64,000 nucleotides of DNA, from assembly GCA_965649825.1 (NCBI GenBank), contig OZ287708.1, positions 577,411-641,410 of the forward strand, written 5' to 3'. Position numbers and translations under genes: made by a program. Under the pieces are notes generated by a model. The model ran no database searches and had not been told where the DNA came from. It saw nothing but the letters and a program-made list of their open reading frames with translations. Of the stretch, positions 34,001 to 47,761 are shown one piece after another (position 1 is the first letter of the stretch; every line of letters starts with the position of its first letter). Origin of the DNA: Penicillus capitatus. Its lineage: Eukaryota > Plantae > Chlorophyta.

Positions 34001-36173
34001 ACGAGTCCGTCCCAGCAGAACGGGCTCCGCTTCCCACAGAGATCTTAAGAGACGAGTCCGTCCCAGCAGAATCGGCCCCCGTTCCCACAGAGATCTTAAG
34101 AGACGAGTCCGTCCCAGCAGAATCGGCCCCCGTTTCCACAGAGATCTTAAGAGACGAGTCCGTTCCATCAGACTCGATAGAAATGACTGCAGAAACATTG
34201 AAAGACGATACAATACATTCAGACGCAGCACCAGTCCTTGAAGACAAATCCTTGCCAGAGCATCAGATTCCTGTATTTCCAGTAGCTGCTGTTTGCGACT
34301 TCTATCGTCGACTGCGGGATTTTAGGAACAGACAGGCATAAAAGAGGAAAGAATGGCGAAAGAACTGCCGACTGCTGAAGACATTCCTGTGCAGTCTGCT
34401 GCTGGTCTTGATCCAGTGATCCTCATATCCCATTCTCAACACTCTGTGTGTAGGGTGGTGGCTTGAGATACGCGACATTATCAGCAAACAGAAAGACATT
34501 CCGCCTCCAACAGAAATGTCCATGGAGAAGACACACGAGCAACCGGAACAGACCCAACCATTTCCCTCTGTTCCGCAAATCCAAACCCGTAACAACCTCG
34601 CAGCTATGCATTGCTGCCTTTTCTGAATCTAAGCTTTTTTAGCAACAACTGGCATAACTGTCGATTCTGGTCTAGCGTCCATGCTGCAAGGTCTCATGCG
34701 AGATGACGAAGAAAAGAAAAAGAGCACTCCTGTGATCATTTTCGCATATCCATTCACTCTTCATTTGTACTCCTAGACGATGACTGGCATGGCGTTGATG
34801 GAGAATCTGGGATGGAAGAAGCCGGAAGGTAGAAATCAGCCAACGGTATCTGTGTCAATTGTGAAGCATTCCTCTAGAAGAAACAAAGCCACCTCCACCT
34901 GGTGTACCTGTTCCTGGATCGCCCTCTGTTGGATGGTGGAAAACGAAGGGACCTATTCAGAGTGCACTCGCCGAACGTCTTGGATGGGCAGAGCAACCCG
35001 AACAATCGCAGTCGTATTTTGACACTATGGAGGTCTCTCCTACTTCATAACCCGAGAGACTCCTTACCATTTCTCTTCAGGATGACGAGCGCGGCAGTGA
35101 CCGACAAAGGCGTCAGAGAGGAGGTTCTCTGCGCACAAAGGATGCCTATGGCCGTCTAAAAGTGCGCACAGCTGAAGATCGGCGACAACGCGCCATGGTT
35201 TATTCGCCAACAACCTTCTGCATCTCTTCTCATCTCCTTTGCTTCAGATGAGTGGGCGTGCCATGGAGATGGCGCTCGAAGGTCGATTGGACGAGTTTGA
35301 TCCTGAGAGCTATACAGAACCTGAAATCGAAACATTCGTTGTGGCGGCACCTTTCCGGCCAAGACGTGGCAGAGGTTCTCACTCTTTTTCGGCAGTCAAG
35401 GGATGCGAATGTGGCGTGCAGTGCGTGGCGGATTCCGAGGGAGAGGTCGAGGGCGAAGGAGCCGTGAAAGACAGGGTGTTCCCAACCTCTTTAAACAGGA
35501 AGAGATCTCCCAGAAGCCCGAAGTTATGGCCGCTCCACATCAGGAAGAGGATTACTATCATCCCGATGTCCTCTCTCGTCTGGGTATAAAACTAACACAG
35601 CATGAACTGATGGACCTCGAGACTACGATACAGGTCACTCTATTTCGCAGCACTGTATAGAGATGTCACACTTTTGCATGTTTAGTCTCTTGTGGCACCG
35701 TCAATGAATTTCCAAACGACAGAACCCACTCCTTGGTCACAGCTGAACAGCGTCTCTCGCCTTCAGTACTTGGAGAAGAACAAAGGCCGTATTCGTGCAG
35801 TGATGGAGGCATCTGGTTTTGCCTTTCCCGAAGAGAGATGGGAACAGATCAAGAGAAATGCCGTTCGAGATATGCACGACTACACTCGTAAAGAACAACG
35901 GCGTCAATCACATTTCGGTGTATCCACCTTCAAGAATGTCAAGGTATCTTGCCGACCCTCACACGCTCTCCCTTCCCTCCAGCAATTCTCTTTCAGAAGG
36001 AAGAAGCCTTTCTGATGGGACTGCTCGATGCTCAAGTTTCGAAGGAGAGTCCACTGCATTCACACATGATGATGGCTATGTCAACATTGCAGTCGAACCC
36101 TGATTGGTCTTTCGCCGAGAAGAAGAAGTTCATCGAGCTAGCTCAGGCGTTTCAGCAATCGGGCGATGTGTGA
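31030..36173 (+). CDS. Very long, probably mitochondrion-targeted low-complexity protein with a conserved-looking C-terminal domain (many exons)
   Basis: Presequence-like MRSQVRRRIATALQQGAAFRCMSS; Q/E/R heptads; acidic exons that can be chained in frame; C-terminus MAMSTLQSNPDWSFAEKKKFIE. Confidence 0.55.
34000..34176 (+). repeat. Coding tandem repeat, 51-nt unit x ~3.5 (DESVPAESAPVPTEILR)
   Basis: Units start at 34000, 34051, 34102 and 34153. Confidence 0.95.
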
Positions 36174-36242
36174 CAAGACGTCTTTGAATCGCGACGTGAC
36201 AACGAAGCCGTTCGCAACGCAAACGGCAGAGCCTCGACCGCG

Positions 36243-37744
36243 ATGAGCGCCGCCGAATCGCTGTCGGTTGGAAGTGTCGCATCTATCGCCAGTCAGGTGC
36301 AATACGTTTCCGCTTTTCTGTGGCGCAGTACTCTCTCATTCGACCGCATTCGACGCGAGAAGTGTCTTCTTCTGAGCTCTGTTCACTGTCACAGGAAGGT
36401 GGTTTGAGTCAGACGTCAGCCGCCTTGTCACACCATGGTGCTTTTGGTGCAGCAGCTGCCCTATCGACGACACAACCTTCTGTCGTCTCTAACGCCAATG
36501 AAACAGCCCTCTCTGCTGTACACGAAGGTCACACTGCTGTAGAATGGACGTTTTCTCACACCTTTTGCATTCCAGATGCGAGTCCGGACCACAATTCTGG
36601 ACAACAACACCAGACACTGAATGTACGTATGTATTGACGACATCCAACAGGGATGATGTTGGTGGTGATGCGAGTAGGGGCTGGGAGGGAGAGGTCGTCA
36701 AGGGGAGAGTCGTGATGTGACGTATGATATTCAAGCAGCTGTTCGTCCAGTGGGGGGACCAGGCGTCGTGGGACTAGAGTCCAACATAGCTGCGATACTT
36801 TCCTCGGTGGGCAATGACGGAGCATCAACTGTCTCCCAAGTACTCACCCACCACGTGTCATCCGAAGCTGTCTATTTCTAATAAAGTGCGATTTCTGTGT
36901 TTAGATCTTACAGGGAGAAAGCGCGATTTCCGAGAGGTCCGTAAATAAAACAGTACATCAGAGCGCACAGAGACCACGCAATCATCATATGGAAACCCGA
37001 CTCATGACACGGGCATTGCTGGCACCAACTGTCGTCCTGAATCCCCTGCGACAAGGCCAACCAACGCAGGCACCCGATGCCCTTGCTGACCAGGTGATCT
37101 CTCTTTAATGCTGTATCTGCAAATAGATGGAATGCAGAACGGGTCATTGTGCTCCTTGGCGCAGTCGAACTCCATCACTACCCTGACATCATTAGAGGTA
37201 TGGCATTCGATGATGGGTAAGATTTGGTTGAGAGATGGGTGCTTTGTGCTTAGGGATTCGATGATGAAGTAGAAAGCCGTTCAGGAGCAGTGGTGACATC
37301 CGGAGTGCTTTCTGGACCGCCGGTCTCTCAATTGAACCTCACTGAGATTCCGATGCATCCCGCTGTCTGTCTACGCATCCATTCTTGATCTCTCTCACTC
37401 GATGTCCGTGTGCATCTCAGATTCAGCACAGCAATTCTGCCGCATCGGCACTGGAACATCCACAGAGAGGGCATACATGGCCACGGGCGGGAGATATGAA
37501 TGGCATGACTCGACAGAATACAGCAAATGAGATCAGCGATGCGTCTCCGATGCATGAAGCTGGACAGACATCCGTCGGTGTACTGCCATCCGAAAGCATC
37601 ACTGTTGCACATAGTGGATCTGTTCATTACCAACAGGGCTCTCTTGTTGGGTCCAATGAAGCCGTCGAGTCATCTCCGGCGCGACAAGTGAAAGCATCAC
37701 GGACGACAGACACATGTCTGCTCAACACATGGTGTGCATGGTAG
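36243..37744 (+). CDS. Hypothetical Ser/Ala/Gly-rich protein (multi-exon, structure uncertain)
   Basis: MSAAESLSVGSVASIASQ followed by a GT donor; several in-frame low-complexity exons; last ORF ends at 37744. Confidence 0.45.
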
Positions 37745-38075
37745 GCTTCTCTATCTGTCCATCAGCCACTGGAACCTGTGTCAGAGATGGACCGACAGGA
37801 TCATCATCACTTCGGTACGATCCATCAACACGTGCGATGTCGTCCGCTGTTGTATGAAGTGATGATGTAGCAGGTATGAAGCGCAAAGACGTGCCATTTG
37901 ATGGAAATCATTCGGGAAAGAGGCGTCACTAGCATAAGATGTCGTCTCATTCTTAGTACCTTGAGTTTCAAGATTGCTTCTATCAATTGAGTTCCTTATG
38001 AAAAGAATGGATTTGTTAAGAGGTAACGACAACTGGGTGTATGGATCGCTTAACATGAGCATCCAACAATCGCTT

Positions 38076-39784
<1,709 letters not shown>

Positions 39785-39859
39785 ATTGGAGAACAATGAA
39801 TGAGTCAGACAACTCCAATCAACAAAGAGCGGATTTTGGCAAAGTGTCGCTGTCAAGTC

Positions 39860-40999
39860 ATGCGCATTGCAACGTCGTCCGCCGCGGCTCTGGTGACCTT
39901 CTCTGTCCTCTTGCCGATTCTGCCCATTGCAACCTTCTACACCATTTACTACGGTGCACTAGACGGCAAGGATTCCTGCACGCACACTTCCTAGCGAACG
40001 AACAAACACAGGGGTGTTAGCGACGTTACCTATTCCACCATTAACACCCTCGGTCCGTGGTCTCGTCAGCGCATTATCGGCCGTCGGCGTTGTTAATCTG
40101 GTGAGATGTCGGGTTGGTGCACACGAGATGTTAACGTGGTTCGTGTGCAGATCGTGTGTGCGTTCGTTTGTGTTGCCTATACAGAAAGAGCTCCATCCGA
40201 AAGCGTCGCTGTCGAAGACCCCGACAAAAAACGCGATTGAGAATGGATCGGAACGACCTCACACAGCGTCGCGGATTCTTGGAACAACGTCTCTCGACCC
40301 TACTGCAAGAAGAGGAGCCGTTAGATGAATATCAACAAGAAGAGGTAGTACAGACAATGGCCACCCTGCAATCCTATCACGATGTATGGTGGACGGTAAG
40401 ATCCTCGTCTGCGATCTCTGCGTGGTATGGAGGGCGATGCTGTGGGCAGAGATCCTTCTCAATCTTATCCTTAGCAATGAGTGTGGCGTTCTTTGCAGAT
40501 GCTGTCTATCAACTCTGCTTCCCCTTCACAACGGTAAGTGTCGGATGCCAGCGACATGCACTGAGATGATCTGCAGAAGCGGCATGGAGTGTGGGAACCT
40601 TTTCTCTCTCCGTTGGCATTGGCTGTATGTGAAGGGACATTTGCACTCTGTCTGCTTTTCTGTGGCATTGCTGTCTTGCTGAGAGGGCGAAAGAAAAAAG
40701 AAGGCATGGTCATCGATGACATTGCCTGAATACAACTCATGTATGTCTTAGGTTTCTTGTGGACGCCTATGAGTGTCGTCCTGATCTGCTGCAGTTTCTT
40801 CTCGCTGTACATGATCAGCTGTGCTGTGGGAGAGAGTCGAGTTCGCAATCTGAGTTGGTTGCGTATGGAGTTGCTTTGGCTGCCTGTGCTGCCAACGTGC
40901 TATTGCCTGTTGATCTATTACGTCATCAGCTTACTTGATCATACCTTCAAAGGCGTCGAAAAACTTCGAGAAACAAAATACGTATTTAAAGCAGTGTAA
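39860..40999 (+). CDS. Hypothetical multi-pass membrane protein (multi-exon, start may be 39800)
   Basis: Several hydrophobic segments (ALVTFSVLLPILPIATFYTIYY; VLGFLWTPMSVVLICCSFFSLY; LLWLPVLPTCYCLLIYYV). Ends KYVFKAV*. Confidence 0.55.
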
Positions 41000-41498
41000 A
41001 ACCCTACAGAACGGCGGCGCACAGAAAGCTTGAGCCTTATTTGACAGGACAATTAGTCGTCGACCTGAAGCGCGCTGACGTGCACGCCGTCGTGTCGATT
41101 CCCATCAGCCGCGGCGAATCTACTAACCGATGACGCGTTGTTGTGGGCGGATCCAATGAGCGCGGACAATAAACGGAACCGCGTCCGCGTCTGATTCAGA
41201 ACGCTAAGCGAAAGACAACGCAAGGCAGGGAATATCGTGACGGTACATGCCATGCATGTGTACCCTCTTGTTGCGTGGTCCCCTTCGTCCGGACGGTTCC
41301 GTCGATTTAGCGCGTATAATTTTGCTGTGTTGGACGTGTTCGCTTTGTGCGCTGAAACGATGAACTCTGCAAACAGCAAGGGTGAGTAAAGAATAAACAG
41401 TTTCGTGTTTAGCGAGACGGGACCGAGGCCCGTTGCCTCGTAGACTTTCGGATAAGGCCACGAACCATTATACTACGCGATATGTCTAGGAACGAGAC

Positions 41499-42149
41499 AT
41501 GTTCTTTTTTGTAGGAGATTCGGAAATGCAACTGCAAGAGGCGATGACCGAATCACCGGCGGCCAGAAGAAAGCGCATGAATATGGAGCGAATGCGTCGC
41601 AACAGAAGAAATCCCATTTACAGAGCAGAAGAACAACGCCGACAAAGAGAACGTCGTAGACAAAGACTTGGCGTAACCAAATCCCCTCAACGATCCGTTT
41701 GTCGTCCAGCAGCCGTCGCTCCTATTCGTGCTGATGGAATTTCGAACGCGGCACTCGAAAATATGGCATGGGCGACGGCGCAAGTGCGCCCGGTTCGCGA
41801 GGTGGATGCAAGAACAGTGTTTACACCGCAAGAAACGGCAGTCGTGGAAATTCCAACAGTCGATGGCTATCCAGTGTTGCCATTCGTCGTGACACTCTCC
41901 GTTTTTGCTCCCGTACCATCGAATATCACCTTAGTTGTCGTCGCGGGCGACACAGTCAAGCCGCCGAGCACTACAGTGCCTGTTATCCCACCTGGGGGAC
42001 ACGTTTCGAATATTGAGAGAACCACTGTACAGATGGGGAGGAATCTTAATCTCGGAACGCAGGGGGAGTTCTGGTATTCTAATGACATCTGTCCGCTGCC
42101 ACCAATTAATGCTGTCAGTAATGGCGCTATCGTAAAGAGAGAGATGTAG
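41499..42149 (+). CDS. Hypothetical nuclear protein with strongly basic helical segment (single ORF; start may be the second Met)
   Basis: 216-codon ORF containing ARRKRMNMERMRRNRRNPIYRAEEQRRQRERRRQR. Confidence 0.6.
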   Translation: MFFFVGDSEMQLQEAMTESPAARRKRMNMERMRRNRRNPIYRAEEQRRQRERRRQRLGVTKSPQRSVCRPAAVAPIRADGISNAALENMAWATAQVRPVREVDARTVFTPQETAVVEIPTVDGYPVLPFVVTLSVFAPVPSNITLVVVAGDTVKPPSTTVPVIPPGGHVSNIERTTVQMGRNLNLGTQGEFWYSNDICPLPPINAVSNGAIVKREM

Positions 42150-42448
42150 TAGCTGTCCAACTTAGACATTCATTCCCGTCTACACCTAGATCGTTTCCTT
42201 TAGAACTGCTTTCATTCCATTTTGCACCAAGAAATCTCACTTGGATACCATGTCGAACGTTTGCCCTAGTCCGTGGGGATGAACCCTACTGTAGATCCCG
42301 CGTTTAGGCGAACGACCCAAAAGTTCGCGTTGCATGCAGAGTTGAAAGTTGCTGTCTTTAATGATTTTTTGTTTCATTATGTATTACGCACGATAAGCAT
42401 ATATAGCAGGTGCTTACAAAATCCATTTCGTGACGACCCTGAGATCCT

Positions 42449-44344
42449 TTAAAACGGACAGACAAAGGAAGCCATCTTCGCCAAAAATTCAGGGACCAAT
42501 GGCTTCTGGTCGATGGAATTATCCGTCTTCAGTACCTACGTATGCACATTTATTGCAGGACAGTGCACATCTGAAAAAAGCAGTACGATGTTCAAGATAT
42601 CTTCCATGAGGCAATCGCGACCACCACGCATAGGGTCTTCGATCAATGGTTGAGTGTGAGACTTGCCTTCGTAGAGCTTACAACGGCACTGCACTCCCGA
42701 TTCCTATCGAGACACAAAAAAACGATAGACTAAGGCAATCTGAATGCAAAGTGTACAGAAAGGACGGCGGCGAAGCTTTCGGTTCCTTCATATGGGACGG
42801 ATTTATCCAACTTGCCATGCAACAGAAGGACTTCTGGTAAATTCTCACTGGGGATGGAATTCGACAAGAAGAGTGAGTGAGAGAGTGATATCGTTTGTGT
42901 CTTTCATCACACCTTAGAAATGGTTTGAGCTCTTTGGCGATATGAACAGGCGATAGGGTTTCAAGCATGGTCTGGCCATCAATCGACATGATGCTTCGAA
43001 ACATTCTGGTGCCACACATCCATCAGCTAGAAAGCGCGCAACGATTTTACGGCATTCGACGATTTGTACAGTCCTCTTCTGTCTAGATGATCGGCTAAAT
43101 CAGGAAGTGCATAGGGACTAGAGACCCCCACGAAAGCACAGAGCTGAGTAGGATCCCATGGACGTCCTCTCGCCAACAATGAGTTTCCATAAGTCCTTCT
43201 TTCGACCTTTGTGTGCATGGGATATAGATGCTGAACGGTGTAGAATGTCTTGCCTGAGTCAGCATTGCGGTGGCAGTTAGGTGGCCACCAGCTGATTGAC
43301 CACAGAGGTACACTTTTTTCGGATCGCCTCCAAACCGATGAATACAACGCAGTACCCAAGCTATTCCGTTATTGACATCTTCCAGCATATCTTGACAGCT
43401 CCCCTGCACAAGTTTGGATAGAGGTTGGGAAGGCAGAGACATCACTTGTGGAAAATTACGGTAGTCCATAGACGCAACAAGAATCCCCCCTTCGCTCAAT
43501 CGTCGGCCCAAGAGAGCGCCCCATGCTTTGTATCCGATTGTCCAAGCCCCTCCTGTTGTCGCCATCGAACGTCATTCGCACAGAGTACCCGTCATACCTG
43601 TAACGAAGATCACAACTGGCCACCCTCCGTTTGTAGACGAATTTGTCGGGTAATAGATATCCAGTCGATTTCTTGGCTGCAAAAAACCAACGGATCGAGA
43701 GAGCGTCTAACGACGAGGCGCATGTCATACTTTTCTTCCGTATACAACACTCCGTTCGACTTGTGGAGAAAAGAAATAATAATACACCATCTGGCCAATG
43801 GCACACCGCTCTGGGGGCTCTCAATCGAGTTTGTCCACTTACTTGAAGAAATCCCGGCATCAGTATGAAAGCGTAGAGAAACAGTCTTATGCAATTCCAT
43901 GTCCATCGCCATCCTTAGAACAGTACTTTGATGTAAGCGACATCCTCTTCACAACAAGACCGTACCCAGTCCCAGATACGACCACAGAGTGATTGCCAGT
44001 CGCGCAACGAGGAGCACTTCACAGGTGAAGCGACCCACTTTCGCCTTAGGCGAGAGAGGCGCCCTTAAATCAGCTAAGGAGTCACTCTGCTTCATACAGG
44101 GAACGGCAGGAGAAGCAGTTTCGGAGAGATTCTCGCACTCCGACGGCTGCGATGTCGAACCCTGTTCTTCGAGGTGCGATTCGGAATACGTCGCAGAGGA
44201 CGGCTTCTTCGAATTGCGCTTGAGCGTCAGGACATGCGTTGACGAAGAAACTCCGCTGCATGCACGCCTTTCAGACAAAGGATCCTGCACTTGGACGTTC
44301 TGGGATGGATCTATATCCCGGGCCCGTCGTTCGGCGGAGCCCAT
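42449..44344 (-). CDS. ICME: Isoprenylcysteine alpha-carbonyl methylesterase (alpha/beta hydrolase), multi-exon
   Basis: TGGAWTIGYKAWG, DYRNFPQ, IHRFGGDPKKVYLCGQSAGGHL, PLVPEFLAKMASFVCPF* end. TGTAA at 42414-42418. Confidence 0.92.
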
Positions 44345-44502
44345 TGTGAAGAAATGATAAAGAACTCTACGCAACGCTGGCAGTGGGCACGCTTTACGAC
44401 GTGATGTGACAAGGTAAGCACGAAAACACACGATATGTCGACACAGAAGCCGCATGTGACGGGACATCCGTCGATTGAAGGGATAAAGCGAAGCAATCGT
44501 TT

Positions 44503-44899
44503 TCATGAATGTAGCCCTCCATCGTCCTTGTCCAACTCTCTCTGGGTGGATCGTTCCCTCGCATGGCTCTCATTGGACGAGCTGTCCTTCGACGAAAGGA
44601 TTGGTGCCTTCTTTTCACCGATAACGTCGGCGATTTTCCCCTGTTAGACGCCATGTTCTTCGTTAGCAATGATGTGACGTCTTACGAATTGTTGCATAGC
44701 AGCGATGCGCTGCATTTCTTTTTCTGTCTCCCTTTCGATTTCCTTCATCCGAGATACAGTCTGCGCCAAACAGCGGCAGAAAGTTAACATGACGCCATTC
44801 CTGGCGGCATACCTCATTCATCTTTTCGTGTTGCTTGTCGAAAGCTCGGTGAAATTGATCAGCTTCGTGCCGTACGAAACGGCGCAGAATCGCTCGCAT
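44503..44899 (-). CDS. Small hypothetical coiled-coil protein (~99 aa, 3 exons); not in the ORF track as one ORF
   Basis: MRAILRRF..HEKMNE|TVSRMKEIERETEKEMQRIAAMQQF|GKIADVIGEKK..LHS*. Donors GTATGC and GTAAGA; the second intron has a GCTAAC branch site. Confidence 0.65.
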
Positions 44900-45180
44900 C
44901 TCCGCGTCGACTCTCTTGAGCTCCTCGAGCTAAGTAAGCAGCATCGACCAACCTCATTTCGAAGCGCAAAACGCGCACAGATAGATACACCTCTTTGAGT
45001 TGAGCCCGAAGTTGTCTCTCCGTCGCCTCGAGCACTTCTCGCTCCTGTCGCGCAGTTGTCCGTTGCGAAATCGATGATCTTTACTTACGCTCCAGTATCG
45101 GTCTCGCAAAGACAAACCCTCCTTCAAAACTGCAAAAAATTTTCGCACAAATCGATTCATGGTAATGTGAGATATATCCT

Positions 45181-45978
45181 TCACATCACATTTTGATTGT
45201 CGATTAGATCTGAACGTCCACCCACCATGCGTTCAGCTACGGCACCTGTCTCTCCCGTACGGCTACACAGAGAAAGGCATTGCATCCAAAACGAGGTAAG
45301 GGAAGAGGCACATGCGGACGACATCGGCGATGGGATGTACGAAGATCTTTCCGTCTCCCACTTCTCCTGTTCGTGCAGCTTCGATGATGATGTGGACAAT
45401 GTCATCGATCTGGGCACGTTCGCAAACGATATCCAATCGCTTCTTCTCCACGAGGACATCGGAACCAAATTCCCGACCAGCGTAGCGCTCGAGGTTGCCG
45501 GATTGACTGCCGACGCCCGATACAGAAGTGGCAGTAAGACCACGGACACCTCCTGCAAATAGCGCCTTGACTACTGTCTCCAATCTCCATGGACGCACAA
45601 TGGCCTGATCAGAACAGCGATCGAGGTGTACGATCGATACGAAGCGATCGAAACCTCGATTTTGAAAAACTGACAATCGGGAAAGGCGCTGATATCGCAC
45701 ACGGGTTTAGAAATGCCATTGTTCTTTTCCCCATCCGCTACAGACTTCACAGCACAATGCACTGTACATCCACCAACGTTGCCTTGATGAATGGTTTGAG
45801 TGTTTCGACTACCCGAATGCCGTCTACAGTGACGACGCTTCTGTCGACAAAGCTCTTCGAAAAGGACCTTCCGCCTCGATCGCCGAATGCCACTGGCCTA
45901 CACTGTAGCGCTCGCCTTGTTTGCCTCGTGGACGCGCCTTTTCATGGGTACAGGACCGCGTGCTGCTGCTGCGTACAT
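45181..45978 (-). CDS. GLB1: Chloroplast PII nitrogen-signalling protein with C-terminal Q-loop (multi-exon)
   Basis: FFKIE|AIVRPWRL, ERYAGREF, ARTGEVGDGKIFVHP, VR(I)RTGETGAVAERMVGG. Confidence 0.95.
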
Positions 45979-46080
45979 TCGAGAAATTAGAGCGGGTCGG
46001 TTTATCAAAACGATCCGCTGAGTATTGCCCAACATGGTCCCACAACGAAAGGAGCAGAAGGCAGATGGTATGTATTGTCA

Positions 46081-47729
46081 TTAATCGCGTTCTTGACGTC
46101 CCTTGAATCGCAGATACTCTTCGATGAATGGTTGAATTTCGCCATTGAGTACACTATCGACCTGCGTTGTCTCGTAGCCCGTCCGGACATCTTTCACGAG
46201 GCGATAGGGATGGAGAACGTAGTTTCGAATTTGCTGTCCCCATTCAGCACGGACCATATCGCCTCGAATATCTGCGATCTCTTTGGCCTGCTGTTCCAGA
46301 GCAATGACAAGCAGCTTGGCTTTTAACCTCTCCAAAGCCTGTTTCTTATTCATCCCCTGTGTTCGCTCTTCAGAACATCTGCGAGTACGGTCCAGTCCGT
46401 GGAGAAATGATCATGGGACAGAGATACCTGATGGCGATTCCAGTCGGGAGATGTTTGATTCGCACTGCCGTTTCGACTTTGTTCACATTCTGCCCTCCTT
46501 TGCCTCCAGCTCGCATCGTCGTGATTTCCAAATCTGCATCGTTGATGACAACAGCATCCACCTTCTCGCCTAATCCATGGCAATGTCAAACGGCGGTCTG
46601 TGGAGAAAGCGCAAGGTAGGGAGTAACCAAGAATCGGCATGACTTCGACAGCAGCAAAGCTCGTTTGTCGCATATTGACTGAATTGAAAGGTGATTGACG
46701 GACCAAGCGATGCGTGCCTTTCTCCCCATATAGATAGCCATATGCATTTCTAGAACACATCTGCAATCTGTTGAAGGCAGTCTCTTGGATGGCAACAAAC
46801 CTTCCTTCAATTTTCAAGTTACTGGATTTGATTCCTGCCCACTCTCCAGATACTCTTTCTTCCACTTGGCATTTGAATCCTCGAAGCTGCGATCGCTCTA
46901 GTCATAACAGGAAGCAGTCCATGGACGCAAACCTGAGCCCATCGCACATACATTCGCTCGAGCATCTCAGCCCAGTCTTGTGCATCTGTTCCTCCTGCTC
47001 CTGACTGTATCGTCACGAAGGCATTGCACGCATCATATGGACCCGAGAACAATTTCAGCAAATCCCAACTATCAAACATTTTCTCCAGTTTCGTCACATG
47101 TCCCATTATCTCTTCCTGTTATTCATGAGCTTCACGAGTCGAAAATGTGAGCAGTCGACAACTTGAAAGGGGATCAACTCTTCTTCTGTCATCTCTGTCT
47201 CGGAAAGCATCTCATATCCAAATCGGATGTCTTCCAAGAGAGATTCCATTTCGGCGATCACTTGAGCATCGTCTCTAACTGTTTTCAATTCAGATAAAAC
47301 TTCCTCTGCTGATGCAGGATCCTTCCAGAAAGCAGGGGCAGCTGCGCTCTCTTCCAGATCAGCGATGTGTTGCGCCAGGGCATCTGGGTTCGATACCTTT
47401 CGAACATTGCCAAGTCTCTGCGTGAACTGCTGAATCGTTTTCTTCATCGATGTCGGAGAAATGAAGAGATCAGGCGTCAGACTTGAACACAGCAGAATCT
47501 GGCCTCGATCTGAGCAGTCACATCCTTGAAGCAATGAACGGTTTACCTGTCGCCATCGAACAGAATGTCCCATATTCTCTCCTGTCCATCGTAAGGCCCA
47601 TCTTCGCCCGTTGCTACAGATTGACCGAGCATCGTCACTCGATCGCATTCGAAAAGACGCAACGGGTCGAAGAACATCATGCGTCGCATAGCGTAGCTTC
47701 ATCGCTTCCTTTGCCAAGAGGCGCTGCAT
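46081..47729 (-). CDS. prfB: Peptide chain release factor 2, organellar (probably plastid), multi-exon
   Basis: [25 protein letters not shown] (SPF motif), [18 protein letters not shown] (GGQ), [13 protein letters not shown]. Confidence 0.95.
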
Positions 47730-47761
47730 CGTCGACCTGTCTTTTCACTTCTTCCTTTACA

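Noticed and set aside
41053-41461. Two overlapping minus-strand ORFs
   Set aside because: Non-ATG or weak starts and no homology; more likely promoter/UTR sequence.
46081-47729. Bacterial-style +1 programmed frameshift in prfB
   Set aside because: The frame changes are explained by GT-AG introns, and no CTT-TGA slippery site was seen.
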